IMG/VR virus record: IMGVR_UViG_3300021387_000535
Span: 1-64,000 of that record
Length of the DNA stretch: 64,000 bases
Strand: one strand, 5' to 3'
Source: a virus
Taxonomy: Duplodnaviria > Caudoviricetes
This document shows, piece after piece, positions 1 to 8,586 of the stretch. The notes under the pieces are model-generated. The model had not been told where the DNA came from, did not search any database, and saw nothing but the letters and a program-made list of their open reading frames with translations. The translations under genes and the position numbers were made by a program. The first letter of the stretch is position 1, and every line of letters begins with the position of its first letter.

Positions 1-393
1 ATGAACAAGGCACATATAAGACTACTCAAAGAGAACTACGAGAATGCTTGCAACGAATACCTAATGGCTTTCTGCTATCAATATGAACTTCAATGCGAGG
101 AAGATGCTTGGGTGGCAGGCGACGTAGGCACTATCGCATTGATAGGCGATTACTATATTGACTTTCAGAACATGATGTATATGCTCGACAATGGTGTTGC
201 GTTCGAGGAGTGGCTACGGTGGTATGACTATAGTCTTGATGCACATGACCTTGGACTTGATGTTCCAAACTTCCCATCATGGTACAAAGGATGCCCAAGA
301 CTGTCGGAAGAGCAAATACAGGAAATCAAAGACAAACGTCGAGAACTGAAAGAACTTATAGATTCGTACAAGAAGAACCAAAACGTATTTTAG
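1..393 (+). CDS. Hypothetical phage protein (may be 5'-truncated by the window)
   Basis: 130-aa ORF, co-oriented with downstream genes; no recognised motif. Confidence 0.6.
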   Translation: MNKAHIRLLKENYENACNEYLMAFCYQYELQCEEDAWVAGDVGTIALIGDYYIDFQNMMYMLDNGVAFEEWLRWYDYSLDAHDLGLDVPNFPSWYKGCPRLSEEQIQEIKDKRRELKELIDSYKKNQNVF

Positions 394-395
394 CT

Positions 396-683
396 ATGGT
401 ATCAAGAACTGCAAGATTCTATAGGACGCATCCAAGGTCGCGCGCAAAGCATAGGAGCTACCAAGCGAAATATAACAAGAAAGCGTCGCAAGTAAAAAAG
501 CGAAAAGAGCTTATAAAGCACAACCGCGAACACGACAAGAAATACGGAAAGGCTTCGCGGGTTGGCAAAGACGCAAGCCATACAAAGCACGGAATAGTAT
601 ATAAGAATAGCTCGGTTAATCGCGGTAGTAAAAGCGACATGGCTGGCGACCGCCGCGCCCGTGGAACAAGGAGAAAGAAATAA
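396..683 (+). CDS. Small, highly basic phage protein (HNH-remnant-like KDASHT...NR motif)
   Basis: ATG at 396 directly after the upstream TAG; K/R-rich 95 aa; the 279 start overlaps the previous gene and is unlikely. Confidence 0.55.
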   Translation: MVSRTARFYRTHPRSRAKHRSYQAKYNKKASQVKKRKELIKHNREHDKKYGKASRVGKDASHTKHGIVYKNSSVNRGSKSDMAGDRRARGTRRKK

Positions 684-710
684 TTAAACGAAAACAAATG
701 GATAGAATTT

Positions 711-1856
711 ATGGAAACAGGAGTGAGATTTAACACGGCAGAAGTCCTGCCTAATATAACTACATTAGCATCGGTGATAAATTCAATAAATGTACTACGG
801 ATACTTTCCGACATCAAGCTTGAATTCGATGGAGGTGACTATATCACCGCAACAACCGCCAATATGGAAACTTGGCTATCAATGCGGCTAAAGGTCATAG
901 GTAGTTGTGCGGAATTGTCGCCGTTCTGCATAAACGCATATTATTTCCTTAAAGCGTTAAGAAACTTACCAAACGTCGACGTGACAATGACGGTTAGCGA
1001 AGAAAAGCACACCGTTACATGTAATTATGGAATTGGACATTTCACCATGCCGTTTGAAAAAGCATCGGAATTTCCAGAGCCAAAGATGTCAATGGAAGGG
1101 GCGTTTGAATTCATGGTGTCGGATATACTAATAGCAAAAGCAATAGAGAAAACGAATTTCGCCGTTGCAAACGACCAGCTTAGACCGATAATGAATGGTA
1201 TTCATTTTGACTTTCATAATGATGCTATGACGGTTGCTTCAAGTGATGGGCAAAAACTTGTACGGTATCGAGATACGACGATAAAGCACAACGATAACGA
1301 CACATATAAACTTACAATCCCGTCAAAGCCATGCACAATCATTCACGATGTGTTGTCTCTAAGTGCAAGTGAAAACGAACAAAAGAAAGTACGATTCGCA
1401 TTCACCGATAACGCCGCCACAATAAACGGGGACGGGTTTGATATTACCACTCGGCTTATAGATGGTAGATACCCGAACTACGAAAGCGTTATACCAAAAG
1501 AAAGCACAAGCCTCGCTATCGTAAACAAAGACGCTCTTTGCCAAGCATTAAAACGCGTGTTGCCAATGGGTAGCACAACAAGCGAACTTGTATCGATGGA
1601 ATTCAAAAAAGGACGCGTTGTTATAAACGCGGAGGATATTGATTTTGGCAAATCGGCAAGCGAAATTGTTGCTTGTGAATTTAGCGGTAACGAACTATCA
1701 ATAGGCTTCAAGGGTTCTTCTATGATTCAGGTGCTTTCGAATCTCGATAGTGATAATGTTTCAATAGAAATGTCCGAACCATCAAGAGCGGCAATTGTGT
1801 ACGCTAATGACAAGGACACATACCTTTCACTTATAATGCCAATGTTATTACAATAG
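711..1856 (+). CDS. dnaN: DNA polymerase III beta sliding clamp
   Basis: 381 aa; RPIMNGIHF, ASSDGQKL, LIDGRYPNYESVIP, IGFKGSSM and C-terminal LIMPM motifs typical of beta clamps. Confidence 0.93.
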   Translation: METGVRFNTAEVLPNITTLASVINSINVLRILSDIKLEFDGGDYITATTANMETWLSMRLKVIGSCAELSPFCINAYYFLKALRNLPNVDVTMTVSEEKHTVTCNYGIGHFTMPFEKASEFPEPKMSMEGAFEFMVSDILIAKAIEKTNFAVANDQLRPIMNGIHFDFHNDAMTVASSDGQKLVRYRDTTIKHNDNDTYKLTIPSKPCTIIHDVLSLSASENEQKKVRFAFTDNAATINGDGFDITTRLIDGRYPNYESVIPKESTSLAIVNKDALCQALKRVLPMGSTTSELVSMEFKKGRVVINAEDIDFGKSASEIVACEFSGNELSIGFKGSSMIQVLSNLDSDNVSIEMSEPSRAAIVYANDKDTYLSLIMPMLLQ

Positions 1857-1859
1857 CGT

Positions 1860-2282
1860 ATGGAAGACTACGTTAACGGATATATCGAACGCGACAACAA
1901 CGGTGTGTACGCTGGCAAGCTAACTATTGACGGCGTACACATCGGATGTATCACGGGAGTGTATTTCAAGCGAGATGGCGACACATATCTTTGGTTGCGC
2001 CGCCGTAAGATTTTAGAATACAACGATACTACGATGACGTATAACGAACGAGACGCACGACCACGATGGGAATGCTATTTAAAAAAACAAATAGAAAACA
2101 ACGAGACCGTATATAGAGGAGAATTCACGTTTATACGGTTTCGATTTTCCATCGTTGGTTTATGGGACGCTATTCTTGGACACGACAAGAAACAACGTTT
2201 AAACCTATTTGTTGAACGCCTACCAATAAATGAACAGTCTATTATTAACAATATAAACGAAAGGAAAAGAAATGAGTTATGA
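1860..2282 (+). CDS. Hypothetical protein
   Basis: 140-aa ORF tightly packed in the operon. Confidence 0.7.
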   Translation: MEDYVNGYIERDNNGVYAGKLTIDGVHIGCITGVYFKRDGDTYLWLRRRKILEYNDTTMTYNERDARPRWECYLKKQIENNETVYRGEFTFIRFRFSIVGLWDAILGHDKKQRLNLFVERLPINEQSIINNINERKRNEL

Positions 2283-2763
2283 TAACGATGTTTCGAATAA
2301 GCTTCAAGAAATAGAGACATCCTACTTAGATGAGGTTTTAGAATGCCTAAAAAAAAGAGACGTTGCGATACGGAACTTTCTTGCGGATGTTGTCGCCACG
2401 CTTTGTGATGTTGATAAAAACGCCATGCTAACTACGGGGAACGTGGTCAATATCTCACAGGCACGTTGGCTCTTTTGGTATGCCTATCGATACATGACAA
2501 GCGAAAGCTACGCAAAGATAGCCGACATAACGGCAAGCCTAAACGGAAAACACTTTACACTACAAAGCGTTGCTTCGTCCGTTAGCCGTATGGCCATGAT
2601 GATAGACAAAGAACCTATGTGGAAGAAACGATGGGAAATATTAAGGCGTATCATTAAAAGCAACGAAAATACAACGAGTGAAAAGAATATCGACAACACT
2701 ATTGTCATACACGTTCCAAAGGGAATAAAAGAGTTTATCAATATCGAAATAAAGGAAAAATAA
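2272..2763 (+). CDS. DnaA domain IV-like helix-turn-helix protein
   Basis: VVATLCDVDKNAML...ISQARWLFWYAYRYMTSESYAKIA...H.T.QSV..SV parallels the DnaA C-terminal pattern (V..AR....Y..R..T..S...I...H.TV). Confidence 0.55.
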   Translation: MSYDNDVSNKLQEIETSYLDEVLECLKKRDVAIRNFLADVVATLCDVDKNAMLTTGNVVNISQARWLFWYAYRYMTSESYAKIADITASLNGKHFTLQSVASSVSRMAMMIDKEPMWKKRWEILRRIIKSNENTTSEKNIDNTIVIHVPKGIKEFINIEIKEK

Positions 2764-2770
2764 AAGAATT

Positions 2771-3163
2771 ATGTACGAGATTACGACAACGTTCACAAAC
2801 GTGAATGATAAGACGGTTAGGGAAAGCTACGTTCTTGAAAACGCAACATCTTTCTCGGATGCGGAACACACTATGTACGCACTACGTAGCGACTTTCCAG
2901 ACTTTGATGTAACGGCAATAAAGCGTAGTAGGGTAAAGGAAATACTCAACAAGCGTAGTAGCCAAATTGATTTGATTTGGCAAGCGGAGCTAATGGATAT
3001 GTTTGTAGACGAAGATGGCAATGAACATCCGATAAAATATAAAACATTGTTGTTCGCGGAAACGTTTGACGACGCAAAGGTCTTTGTTAGCGAATATATA
3101 AAGCAAGGGTACAACCTTAGTTTGATAAGTTTAAAGTTGACTAATTTCGAAGACATTCTATGA
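2771..3163 (+). CDS. DUF4494-like Bacteroidetes protein
   Basis: ESYVLENATSFSDAE motif and two-repeat layout recalled from DUF4494. Confidence 0.5.
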   Translation: MYEITTTFTNVNDKTVRESYVLENATSFSDAEHTMYALRSDFPDFDVTAIKRSRVKEILNKRSSQIDLIWQAELMDMFVDEDGNEHPIKYKTLLFAETFDDAKVFVSEYIKQGYNLSLISLKLTNFEDIL

Positions 3164-3564
3164 TTCATGAACAGACCATTCTCGGATCACCACCGAGCAA
3201 ATCAAATCAATACAAGGTGATAACGCTCAAAGGACACGGGTCTTTGGCAAAGACAAGTGCATTGAAAGAATACGAAAAGCGTTTCTTTCTTGAATGTGGC
3301 GCATACCGCAACAAGAATATAAAGGGCTTTTTTGAGTTGTATATCGACGTGTATTTTTCAAGTAATAGACCCGACCTCGACAACGCACTAAAAAGTACAC
3401 TTGATTGCTTGCAAGCATGTAAGGCTATCGCAAATGACCGTAATTGTGTCAAGATTGTCGCGAATAAGTTTGTTGACCCAATTCGACCGAGAGTTGAATT
3501 TACAATCAAGGAGGTTGATGGAATAGAAGTACACAAGAGTAACGAACCAAAATTATTTGAATAA
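3160..3564 (+). CDS. rusA: RusA-family Holliday junction resolvase
   Basis: PPSKSN, RPDLDNALKSTLDCLQ, NDR..V and PRVEFTI motifs. Confidence 0.88.
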   Translation: MIHEQTILGSPPSKSNQYKVITLKGHGSLAKTSALKEYEKRFFLECGAYRNKNIKGFFELYIDVYFSSNRPDLDNALKSTLDCLQACKAIANDRNCVKIVANKFVDPIRPRVEFTIKEVDGIEVHKSNEPKLFE

Positions 3565-4187
3565 TGATTTCATATCAAGATGCAACAGAAATACTACACA
3601 CAAGAGGTGTTTCGTTTGATATTAAACAATACCTATTCGTCTTGCAATGCGCACTATCCGAAGATGTTGGTGTTGCCTACGGAATGATATACGACACGGC
3701 TAACTTCAAAAAGGTGATAAACACCGAGGATGCCGTGGAATATATCGCAGAAAAAAAACGTGATGCCGACGTGATGTTGCAACAACAGGAATGCCAGCAT
3801 TTAAAGGAACTTATAGAAGAATGGAAACGAACGGAAATCCAAAACGAAGCAAGCGAGCTTAAGACATTTAAATATTCAAGCGAGGATGTAGCCAATATGC
3901 TATCCAACCTTTTGTTTGAAAGGTCGAAAAGCTTGGAAGACGCATCCGTTCGTGATATAGTACAGCTTATACGTGAGTTGAATTCGCAAGGCGCACTTGA
4001 CGGTAGCGGTAATGCGTTTTCCAAACACTTCGTATCCGTATATCCGCACATGACGGCATTATGCCCCGCGTGCCATAGGGAAACCGATGTTGCGGTTGGG
4101 ATGACGTGCTATTGTATAAGATGCGGTGCTGAATTCCGTTGGAGCGAAGAAGAACATAGATACTATCCTAAAGTAGAATCTATATAG
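3564..4187 (+). CDS. Hypothetical protein with C-terminal zinc ribbon
   Basis: CPAC-x12-C(Y)CIRC near the C-terminus. Confidence 0.65.
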   Translation: MISYQDATEILHTRGVSFDIKQYLFVLQCALSEDVGVAYGMIYDTANFKKVINTEDAVEYIAEKKRDADVMLQQQECQHLKELIEEWKRTEIQNEASELKTFKYSSEDVANMLSNLLFERSKSLEDASVRDIVQLIRELNSQGALDGSGNAFSKHFVSVYPHMTALCPACHRETDVAVGMTCYCIRCGAEFRWSEEEHRYYPKVESI

Positions 4188-4195
4188 TATATAGC

Positions 4196-4390
4196 ATGGA
4201 TGAAAATAGCATAAAAGAGATTGCAAATATGCAAGCAAAGATTGATAGATACGAGGCGTTCATTCTATCAACATGGTTTATGATAATCACAAAGGTAAAG
4301 GTTGATTGCCCGATATTCGTTAGAACGGATTATGATAGGCAAATGCGCGAAATTTGGAGATTTATCAAAGAAAAGAACGATATAGAATAA
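4196..4390 (+). CDS. Small hypothetical protein
   Basis: 64-aa ORF ending the + operon. Confidence 0.55.
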   Translation: MDENSIKEIANMQAKIDRYEAFILSTWFMIITKVKVDCPIFVRTDYDRQMREIWRFIKEKNDIE

Positions 4391-4397
4391 CATAAAA

Positions 4398-4431
4398 GCC
4401 GTGATTTGCTTGTTTTTAAGCCCGCCACGGC
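4398..4431. terminator. Possible hairpin between convergent operons
   Basis: GCCGTG...CACGGC inverted repeat in the convergent gap. Confidence 0.3.
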
Positions 4432-4481
4432 ATTATCTTTGCCTTTCTTTGATAGTTGCCCACCGAACAAAAGAAACGCGC

Positions 4482-4850
4482 TTATTCGGCTTTATTTCCG
4501 TTCAATGGGATTGCATACACTTCTTCCTTGTTTTCCTTTTCGTTCTCACCAAGTGTTTTCTTTAGATAATCCGTGCTTGTGCTTGGACTTCCCCATCCAC
4601 CACCAAACATAGAACTAAGAATGCCAAGTGCAAACATATTTCCAAGACCATTGTCAAACTGCATTTTCTTTCCCCAAAGCAATTCGCACAGCGTGCTAAG
4701 ATGTGCCTCGGTGGTCATCTTGTCCTTGTTGTACTTCTGCTTTTCAAACTCGTCAAGTTTGTAGAACTCTTCGCTATATACGAATTTTGTCTTCTCCACA
4801 ATGCTTTCAAGTGTAACCTTGTATTCCTCTAAAAGCTTTTCTCTTTCCAT
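4482..4850 (-). CDS. Hypothetical protein (cassette gene 6)
   Basis: Start reassigned to ATG 4850 after an (AAT)n A-rich leader; the poly-Asn extension is likely untranslated. Confidence 0.65.
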   Translation of the reverse strand: MEREKLLEEYKVTLESIVEKTKFVYSEEFYKLDEFEKQKYNKDKMTTEAHLSTLCELLWGKKMQFDNGLGNMFALGILSSMFGGGWGSPSTSTDYLKKTLGENEKENKEEVYAIPLNGNKAE

Positions 4851-4879
4851 ATTATTATTATTATTATTGTTTTTTTTAT

Positions 4880-5272
4880 TTAACGGCACGGAACGGCAAT
4901 GTTTTCGACGGCTAAACGCATCAACTCACCTTGTAGATATGCTGCTGGCTCTTCGTCGTAAGGTTCTCCGTAGTAATCGATAATTGCCGTAACCGCATGG
5001 TATAACTCATGGTTAAGTGTACTCCAAAACTCACTCGCACTTGTAGGCTCACCGATATAGATAACGGTCATACGTAAGCCACTATTGGAAACGGCCATAC
5101 CTGTATTAGGCGACGATAGAATTTGAATTGATTTTCTTATATCGCGTTCACTCATTCCAAATGAATAAAGAACGGCAGATATATCATCCCAATCATTCAT
5201 ATCAAAGTCATAGTTAACCAATATGCCCCAATCGTTGTCGCCTACCTCTAAATACTTTGTAATCATAGTCAA
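4880..5272 (-). CDS. HExxH (zincin-like) motif protein
   Basis: NHELYHAV motif plus downstream EPAAYLQG. Confidence 0.6.
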   Translation of the reverse strand: MTMITKYLEVGDNDWGILVNYDFDMNDWDDISAVLYSFGMSERDIRKSIQILSSPNTGMAVSNSGLRMTVIYIGEPTSASEFWSTLNHELYHAVTAIIDYYGEPYDEEPAAYLQGELMRLAVENIAVPCR

Positions 5273-5671
5273 CTACATATATAGTTCCCAATAAATAGGC
5301 ACACCCGCGTTACACATCTTTGTGACAAAACAATCAAGCACGTTTTCTGGTATTCCATCTGGGTCGCAAATCGTTTCCTCTACAAACATTGCGCGCGCCT
5401 CATCCGTCTTGCATGTCTTCGGGTAGTCTGCAAACGCCATATTGAAAAGATACCAAGCCGTATACATGAATTCATTCGGCAATTCAACATTAAACTCTTC
5501 AAGCACTTCCTTAACATCATCAAGCTTGCGTGATACAATAGGCTTCATCGTTTTTGTTGAAGCGTCTTTTGTTTCCATCTTGGAAATAGCCCACTCGGCA
5601 AGCTTTTTGCTAAACAAACCGTGATACGAGTCCTCGTATATAGCCCTATCCTCTGAAATATAATGTTTCAT
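5273..5671 (-). CDS. Conserved Bacteroidales phage protein
   Basis: FSKKLAEWAISKM motif recalled from Bacteroidales phages. Confidence 0.65.
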   Translation of the reverse strand: MKHYISEDRAIYEDSYHGLFSKKLAEWAISKMETKDASTKTMKPIVSRKLDDVKEVLEEFNVELPNEFMYTAWYLFNMAFADYPKTCKTDEARAMFVEETICDPDGIPENVLDCFVTKMCNAGVPIYWELYM

Positions 5672-5746
5672 TTTTTTCTTTTTCTTTCTATATTATAAAC
5701 GCTTAGAAAGGATTGGATAGGACGAACCCACCCAACCCCATCTTAA

Positions 5747-5977
5747 TTAAATATAACGACCCATAGAGTCTCTACGGCGGCGGTAATCCTGCTCCGTTTC
5801 ATCCTCATGGTCTTCCCATCCATGTCGATAGCCACGCCGATAATGCTCACTTGCATCGTCGCGCATCATAGCACTTGAACCACCGTAATTATTTCGGTAG
5901 CCACCACGCATGTTTCTACGCATCTGCGAACGCATGTCACCGCCTTCGCTTTCCTTGTCAACGAAAATCCAAGACAT
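5747..5977 (-). CDS. Small Arg/Gly/Asp-rich protein
   Basis: 76 aa, low complexity, ends RRRRDSMGRYI. Confidence 0.65.
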   Translation of the reverse strand: MSWIFVDKESEGGDMRSQMRRNMRGGYRNNYGGSSAMMRDDASEHYRRGYRHGWEDHEDETEQDYRRRRDSMGRYI

Positions 5978-6005
5978 AATCTATTCGGTTTTTAAGGATT
6001 AAACA

Positions 6006-6518
6006 TTACTTGGAAGGGGAGTCCAATTTCCTTAGAATAGACAAGATACTATCTAACTTTTGGTCAGTAGCGGTTTGTCTTTCCTCTAAAGTCTTTATTG
6101 TCCGCGCTTGACGTTTTTCCTCAGCATATCTAGGGTTCAAGGCTTCAAGCATCTTCTCTGACTCGGCAATCACGTTTTTGTGCAGCGGAATTTGCTCTAA
6201 CGCTTTCTTAGACGTTTGAAGCATGTTATCAACTGCCTGCAACATCGCCTCTCTACTACCGCTGAATGTCTCGTTACCTTGTGCGGCGATTTCGACATTC
6301 AAAGGTATGTTGTTGATAACCCTGTCGATTCCGTTTATCGTAACTGTCAAATCTACGACTTGCTGAAAGTTCATGCCATTCATCAAGTTCGGGGTTTGAG
6401 TTTGATACTGAGGACGAGGCTGCGTCTTAGCCTTGACCGTTCCAATTTCGAGCACTGGACGCTCACCTTTCTTTAATACATAGAACGGACTCCCGCTCGT
6501 AAGACTGTTTATATCCAT
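6006..6518 (-). CDS. Conserved Bacteroidales phage protein
   Basis: 170 aa; GSPFYVL N-terminus and coiled-coil C-terminus. Confidence 0.7.
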   Translation of the reverse strand: MDINSLTSGSPFYVLKKGERPVLEIGTVKAKTQPRPQYQTQTPNLMNGMNFQQVVDLTVTINGIDRVINNIPLNVEIAAQGNETFSGSREAMLQAVDNMLQTSKKALEQIPLHKNVIAESEKMLEALNPRYAEEKRQARTIKTLEERQTATDQKLDSILSILRKLDSPSK

Positions 6519-6551
6519 TGTTAATTACTTTTGATTGTTTAACACTTTGTA

Positions 6552-6896
6552 TTACACTATTGTTCGAGACAAAAGAGCCAAGATTCCGTTGAACTTATCG
6601 TTAAGAATCTCCATAACGCTTACGTTAAGAATGTCAGCAACAGTCACCGCATTTCCATTAGGTAGTAACAGTGGTCTTGTTACGCCATTCAGCGTAAGTG
6701 TTATTGGCAATGTTGTCGTTGCATCAGACGGAATAGGATTCTCCATTCGTACAATGAATTTTCCTATCGGCTGAATACGTCTCCAACCAAGTGCAATGTT
6801 CACGGTGTCGGTTCCTACGACAACTTGTGTATTCGCAATATACGGCTCACCACCTGCGTTAATTGTTATATTGCAGTTATTACAATTACAACTCAT
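6552..6896 (-). CDS. Beta-rich hypothetical protein
   Basis: 114 aa, Cys-rich N-terminus. Confidence 0.65.
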   Translation of the reverse strand: MSCNCNNCNITINAGGEPYIANTQVVVGTDTVNIALGWRRIQPIGKFIVRMENPIPSDATTTLPITLTLNGVTRPLLLPNGNAVTVADILNVSVMEILNDKFNGILALLSRTIV

Positions 6897-6920
6897 GCTT
6901 TTACCTCCTATGCCATAAAT

Positions 6921-7892
6921 TTAGAATACAAAGTTATTGCCACCGAAACCGTTGCCGTAATATCCATTGGGGTAAAAACCGCCACTTACATACGGTGTTG
7001 CGTTAAACACCTGCAAGTTTGGGTATTGAACGCTGACAGTTTCGGGCATACGACACTTGATGTCATCCACCTCACGAGCAAGTCCGTTGAGTTGTCCGAT
7101 TACTGGTGCTACCGCCTGTTGGACAACACCCGTTGTGAAGTTCTGCGACTTCAACGATGCAATCTCCGCCGTAAGCGCCGTAATCTCGCGGTCTTTCCTA
7201 TTCGACTCCATTGCATCAAGCTTATTGTCGATTGCAAGGAAATTGCGGTTCATGTTGTCGGTAAGCGCGTATGTCTGCTGACACATAGCCAACTGGTCGG
7301 CGGCGGCTTTTGCCTGTACTTGATTGCCTACGCCGTTAATAGCATTCTGCAAGGTGTTCGTCTGCTGGCATGTGGCAAGGGATTGGTCGCAACAACACTT
7401 TTGTATAGTGCTTGCAAGGTTCGCGTCGCCAGCCTGCACGGCGTTAATCATCTGCAACGTGGACATACCCTGTGCGTTTGCGATTTGATTAAGCGTATTC
7501 TGTGCCGACTGAATACCCGCGTTAACCAAGTTGAAGTCTTGACCAAGCATCGTACTAAGCGTTTGAATTGCCGTGCGGGAAGCCTCACCTTGATTGGTGA
7601 TAGCATTCATAATCAATTCACGCCCGCTATCGTTATTAAGCTGATTGGATAGGAAGCCAAGTTGTCCTCCATTACCACCCCAATTACCAAAGCCGCCACC
7701 AAAGCCGCCATTTCCCCAACCAAACATTGAGGCGATAATTGCAAGTCCGAACAAGTCCGCAATGCTGTTGAAGCCGCCATTTCCAAAGCCAAATCCGCCA
7801 TTACCATAGCCACCAAAGCCGATGGGGATTGAAAAAGGAATAGTAGCGTTGTTGCCGCTATTACTCTCAGGAAGTTGATAAATCTCACTCAT
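6921..7892 (-). CDS. Gly-rich coiled-coil protein (first gene of cassette)
   Basis: Start at 7892 downstream of a promoter; GFGG repeats, one hydrophobic segment, CCCDQSLATCQQT motif. Confidence 0.75.
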   Translation of the reverse strand: MSEIYQLPESNSGNNATIPFSIPIGFGGYGNGGFGFGNGGFNSIADLFGLAIIASMFGWGNGGFGGGFGNWGGNGGQLGFLSNQLNNDSGRELIMNAITNQGEASRTAIQTLSTMLGQDFNLVNAGIQSAQNTLNQIANAQGMSTLQMINAVQAGDANLASTIQKCCCDQSLATCQQTNTLQNAINGVGNQVQAKAAADQLAMCQQTYALTDNMNRNFLAIDNKLDAMESNRKDREITALTAEIASLKSQNFTTGVVQQAVAPVIGQLNGLAREVDDIKCRMPETVSVQYPNLQVFNATPYVSGGFYPNGYYGNGFGGNNFVF

Positions 7893-7947
7893 AATTCTTG
7901 TTTTACTTAAAATTGTTATACTTACTCTCTTTGTAACGTTACGGTTG

Positions 7948-7978
7948 CAAAGATAAGCGAAAAACAAGAAACGGCAAG
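7948..7978 (-). promoter_or_regulatory. Bacteroidetes sigma-A type promoter for the cassette
   Basis: CTTG-N19-TATCTTTG on the minus strand. Confidence 0.6.
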
Positions 7979-8074
7979 ACGGGACTTTTTAAAGTCCAAA
8001 CATTAAAATAAACGGTTGACTAATAGCGTGTTGTGTAACTTTCACGTCAATAAAAACACACAAAACAAAGAAAA

Positions 8075-8104
8075 TCCCACACTAACATAAACGTTAATGT
8101 GGGA
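8075..8104 (-). terminator. Intrinsic terminator ending the tail operon
   Basis: TCCCACA...TGTGGGA stem followed on the minus strand by TTTTCTTTGTTTTG. Confidence 0.65.
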
Positions 8105-8134
8105 CTTAAAAAACAATTCAACACAAAACAGCAA

Positions 8135-8548
8135 TCACTTCCATGCAGTCCACGTTCCGCTTGGGTAGCTCGTAACGCTTCTCCATTTCAACGAGGCAGA
8201 AGAACCACCGAGAACGAAGGCAACTTGAACCGCACCGTTTACATTCTTTATGGTAAGCACAACGCATGCCGTGTTAGATACGGGAATGTTACTAATAGAA
8301 CTCGAAACATACGCTACACTATTAAGCGGAAGATTATTTACCGACGTGATACCAGTTGTAGATGCAAGAGCTATTGAGCCGCAGTTCATAAGCGTACCGA
8401 CAAGGTTGCCAAAGTTCATCTTGCTTTTTAGGCCGTTCGCGTCAATGACAGGCATGTAATAGGAATCTTTAATGCCGTCGCCATATACTCCAGAGTCGGT
8501 GAGTTCGTTAATAACATCACCCATAGCTTGTCTTAATTCGTAAACCAT
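8135..8548 (-). CDS. Pyocin-knob-like tail fibre tip protein
   Basis: C-terminal QVAF...KWRS...SGTWTAWK pattern typical of fibre knob domains. Confidence 0.55.
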   Translation of the reverse strand: MVYELRQAMGDVINELTDSGVYGDGIKDSYYMPVIDANGLKSKMNFGNLVGTLMNCGSIALASTTGITSVNNLPLNSVAYVSSSISNIPVSNTACVVLTIKNVNGAVQVAFVLGGSSASLKWRSVTSYPSGTWTAWK

Positions 8549-8586
8549 ATTCTTTTCTTTTTTTTTGTTATTATATTATGTATTGT

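Noticed and set aside
3564-4187. Terminase small subunit assignment
   Set aside because: Plausible by size but distant from terL and no recognisable motif; left as hypothetical
4851-4889. Poly-Asn N-terminus encoded by an AAT repeat
   Set aside because: Better explained as an A-rich Bacteroidetes translation leader before ATG 4850
6825-7652. 275-aa plus-strand ORF
   Set aside because: Antisense shadow of the Gly-rich cassette gene
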